Positions 30,560 through 32,000 of a DNA stretch of 32,000 nt are shown in pieces. The position numbers were made by a program, and so were the translations under genes. The notes beneath the pieces were generated by a model, which saw only the letters and a list, made by a program, of their open reading frames with translations, had not been told where the DNA came from and ran no database searches. This DNA comes from Acaryochloris thomasi RCC1774. Its GTDB lineage: Bacteria > Cyanobacteriota > Cyanobacteriia > Thermosynechococcales > Thermosynechococcaceae. Where the stretch lies: contig NZ_PQWO01000005.1 of assembly GCF_003231495.1 (NCBI RefSeq), positions 1-32,000 on the forward strand. The letters are read 5' to 3'. Each line of letters begins with the position of its first letter. The stretch's first letter is position 1.

Positions 30560-31858
30560 CTAGCGATATTGAGCTGTTTGAATGTCTCTAAGGCGGGCTT
30601 CAGACCGCTTGAAACGATCCATTTGCGCTTCAAAAAACGCGCGGTTGGCCTCTAGATGCTTGGGGTTCGGATCATCAAGGGGATACAGCAGCGCACACCG
30701 TAGCGCCTGAATAACAGCGGAGGTAACGGTGTACATCGATCGCTGAAAGCTAATACCCAACTGAATCAGGGTATCGTCGTCGCCGCGACAGTGCTGCTGA
30801 TAGTAGTCCACCAGATAGTCGGGCAAGAAATGGAGCATATCCTGCATGAGCTGGGTGGGAGGAATCCCAGCGGTGCCAACGGGGAAAACATCGGCGTATA
30901 AAATGCCGTAGTGAAACTCTTTTTGCTGCTCGGGAACTTGCCCCACCTGAGCGTTATAAGATTTCGTGCCCCGAAACGGAGAGGTGCGGTAGAAAATGGC
31001 TTCCACGTAGGGAAGTGCGGCTTCGTAGAGCCACATGAAGCCTTTTGATTTAGGGATGATTTCGTAGCACTCGCCTCGGATGTATACATGGTGATAGATG
31101 GGACGACCTGCGATCTCAAAGATCCCATTCACCAAAAAGTCCATCGCCTCTGGCACGGTGGTGAGTTTGCTTTCATCGTATAAATCAGACATCTCAAAGA
31201 ACACTGGGGCCATCACCTCCCAGAACAGACCCAAATTTGAGTAGTACGACATCTGCCGACACTGCTCTAAAAACATCTCTGGGAAGAGCTTATAGAGGCC
31301 CAACATAACAGGGTTGCGAGCGAAGAAAGCGCGAATCGCTTGGTCCGCATTGGCTCGATATTCGTCAGTATCGAGAAACGCATCGAACTGACCCATGCCC
31401 ATATCTCGACCGTGCCAGAGCATCGCTCGCATACAGGACTCAGCGAACTCCATATTGATGCGATCGTGCCAGAGGTGGTGGAGCAGCTTCGGCATTTTCC
31501 GGGTTTCGCCGGATTCCATGAAAGCCAGCAGCTCAGGATGGGCGGTGGCTTCTCCACGCCAGACTCGAAGGTCGGCCCCCTCCCCTGCATAGTGGTTGGG
31601 CAGATCGAGGTAGGACTGCGGCAGAAAGTATTTGAAGAAGGGGAGCGGTTCTAGAAAAACGTGCTCAGCAATGTAGAGCAGATCGCGCCAATAGAAATCC
31701 ATTGGCACAGCATAGGCTTTGTAGAGACCGATAATCTGCATCAGGTTCGCGGGAGAGTCAGGCAGCATTGCGCCCCCTGCTTCAAGGCGATGGACAACCT
31801 CAGCAAACTCATGGTTTGAGGGTGGCAGAGTAGCGGGTGGCGATGCGGCTTGAGTCAT
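30560..31858 (-). CDS. cupA: CO2 hydration protein of NDH-1MS (ChpY/CupA family)
   Basis: 432 aa. VHRLEAGGAMLPDSPANLMQIIGLYKAYAVPMDFYWRDLLYIAEHVFLEPLPFFKYFLP and the rest are ChpXY-family-like. The length and the downstream cupS favour CupA over CupB. Confidence 0.85.
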   Translation of the reverse strand: MTQAASPPATLPPSNHEFAEVVHRLEAGGAMLPDSPANLMQIIGLYKAYAVPMDFYWRDLLYIAEHVFLEPLPFFKYFLPQSYLDLPNHYAGEGADLRVWRGEATAHPELLAFMESGETRKMPKLLHHLWHDRINMEFAESCMRAMLWHGRDMGMGQFDAFLDTDEYRANADQAIRAFFARNPVMLGLYKLFPEMFLEQCRQMSYYSNLGLFWEVMAPVFFEMSDLYDESKLTTVPEAMDFLVNGIFEIAGRPIYHHVYIRGECYEIIPKSKGFMWLYEAALPYVEAIFYRTSPFRGTKSYNAQVGQVPEQQKEFHYGILYADVFPVGTAGIPPTQLMQDMLHFLPDYLVDYYQQHCRGDDDTLIQLGISFQRSMYTVTSAVIQALRCALLYPLDDPNPKHLEANRAFFEAQMDRFKRSEARLRDIQTAQYR

Positions 31859-31973
31859 GGTGTTTGTTAAGTGTGGATCTCAAATTTGAGGTAGAAGTTT
31901 TGACTTGGTGTTCGTTCCTTTAGAGCGATTGTTGTATATACATAGGCTGGGATAGGACTTTTGGGCTTTGCAC

Positions 31974-32000
31974 TGGCCCCCCCGGCCCCCCAATTCTGGG
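31974..32000. repeat. GC-rich hairpin repeat, copy 2 (upstream of cupA; cut by the window edge)
   Basis: TGGCCCCCCCGGCCCCCCAATTCTGGG is identical to 30511-30537. Confidence 0.8.

Noticed and set aside
30437-30655. 72-aa plus-strand ORF containing PPGPPILGG
   Set aside because: It is a translation artefact of the GC-rich hairpin repeat plus the antisense of the cupA 3' end.

Overview
Cyanobacterial chromosomal DNA: I count at least 14 copies of the HIP1 octamer GCGATCGC by eye, and cupA-cupS, glbN and a Pilin_GH-type gene are present. The window splits in two.

The left ~22 kb (1-21900) looks accessory. It holds, in order: an ISAs1-type IS that has cut off the 5' end of a multi-PAS histidine kinase; the kinase's OmpR-type response regulator; an IS110 transposase stub; a TPR + GT41 (SPINDLY/OGT-like) glycosyltransferase; a same-strand array of four giant, cysteine-free, signal-peptide-less RTX proteins; and two paralogous small secreted proteins of unknown family with a structured leader. 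Three of the RTX proteins are seven-blade FG-GAP/integrin-alpha-like propellers and one is a matrixin/MMP-like metzincin. All four end in the same RTX + C-terminal module.

The right ~10 kb is mostly housekeeping: pheS, a coiled-coil hypothetical, glmS, a pilin-like protein, an LrgA/LrgB-like pair, a Crp/Fnr regulator divergent from glbN with a perfect TTGAC-N4-GTCAA box between them, a small Cys-pair ORF, cupS and cupA. I recognised no rRNA, tRNA or CRISPR array.

The best candidate for an undescribed system is the GT41 glycosyltransferase together with the sequon- and Ser-rich FG-GAP/RTX adhesin-like paralogs and the RTX-matrixin. Their linkage is supported by two decayed copies of the GT41 gene's 5' end, which were apparently carried along when the RTX genes duplicated. 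All functional links are inference from sequence only.
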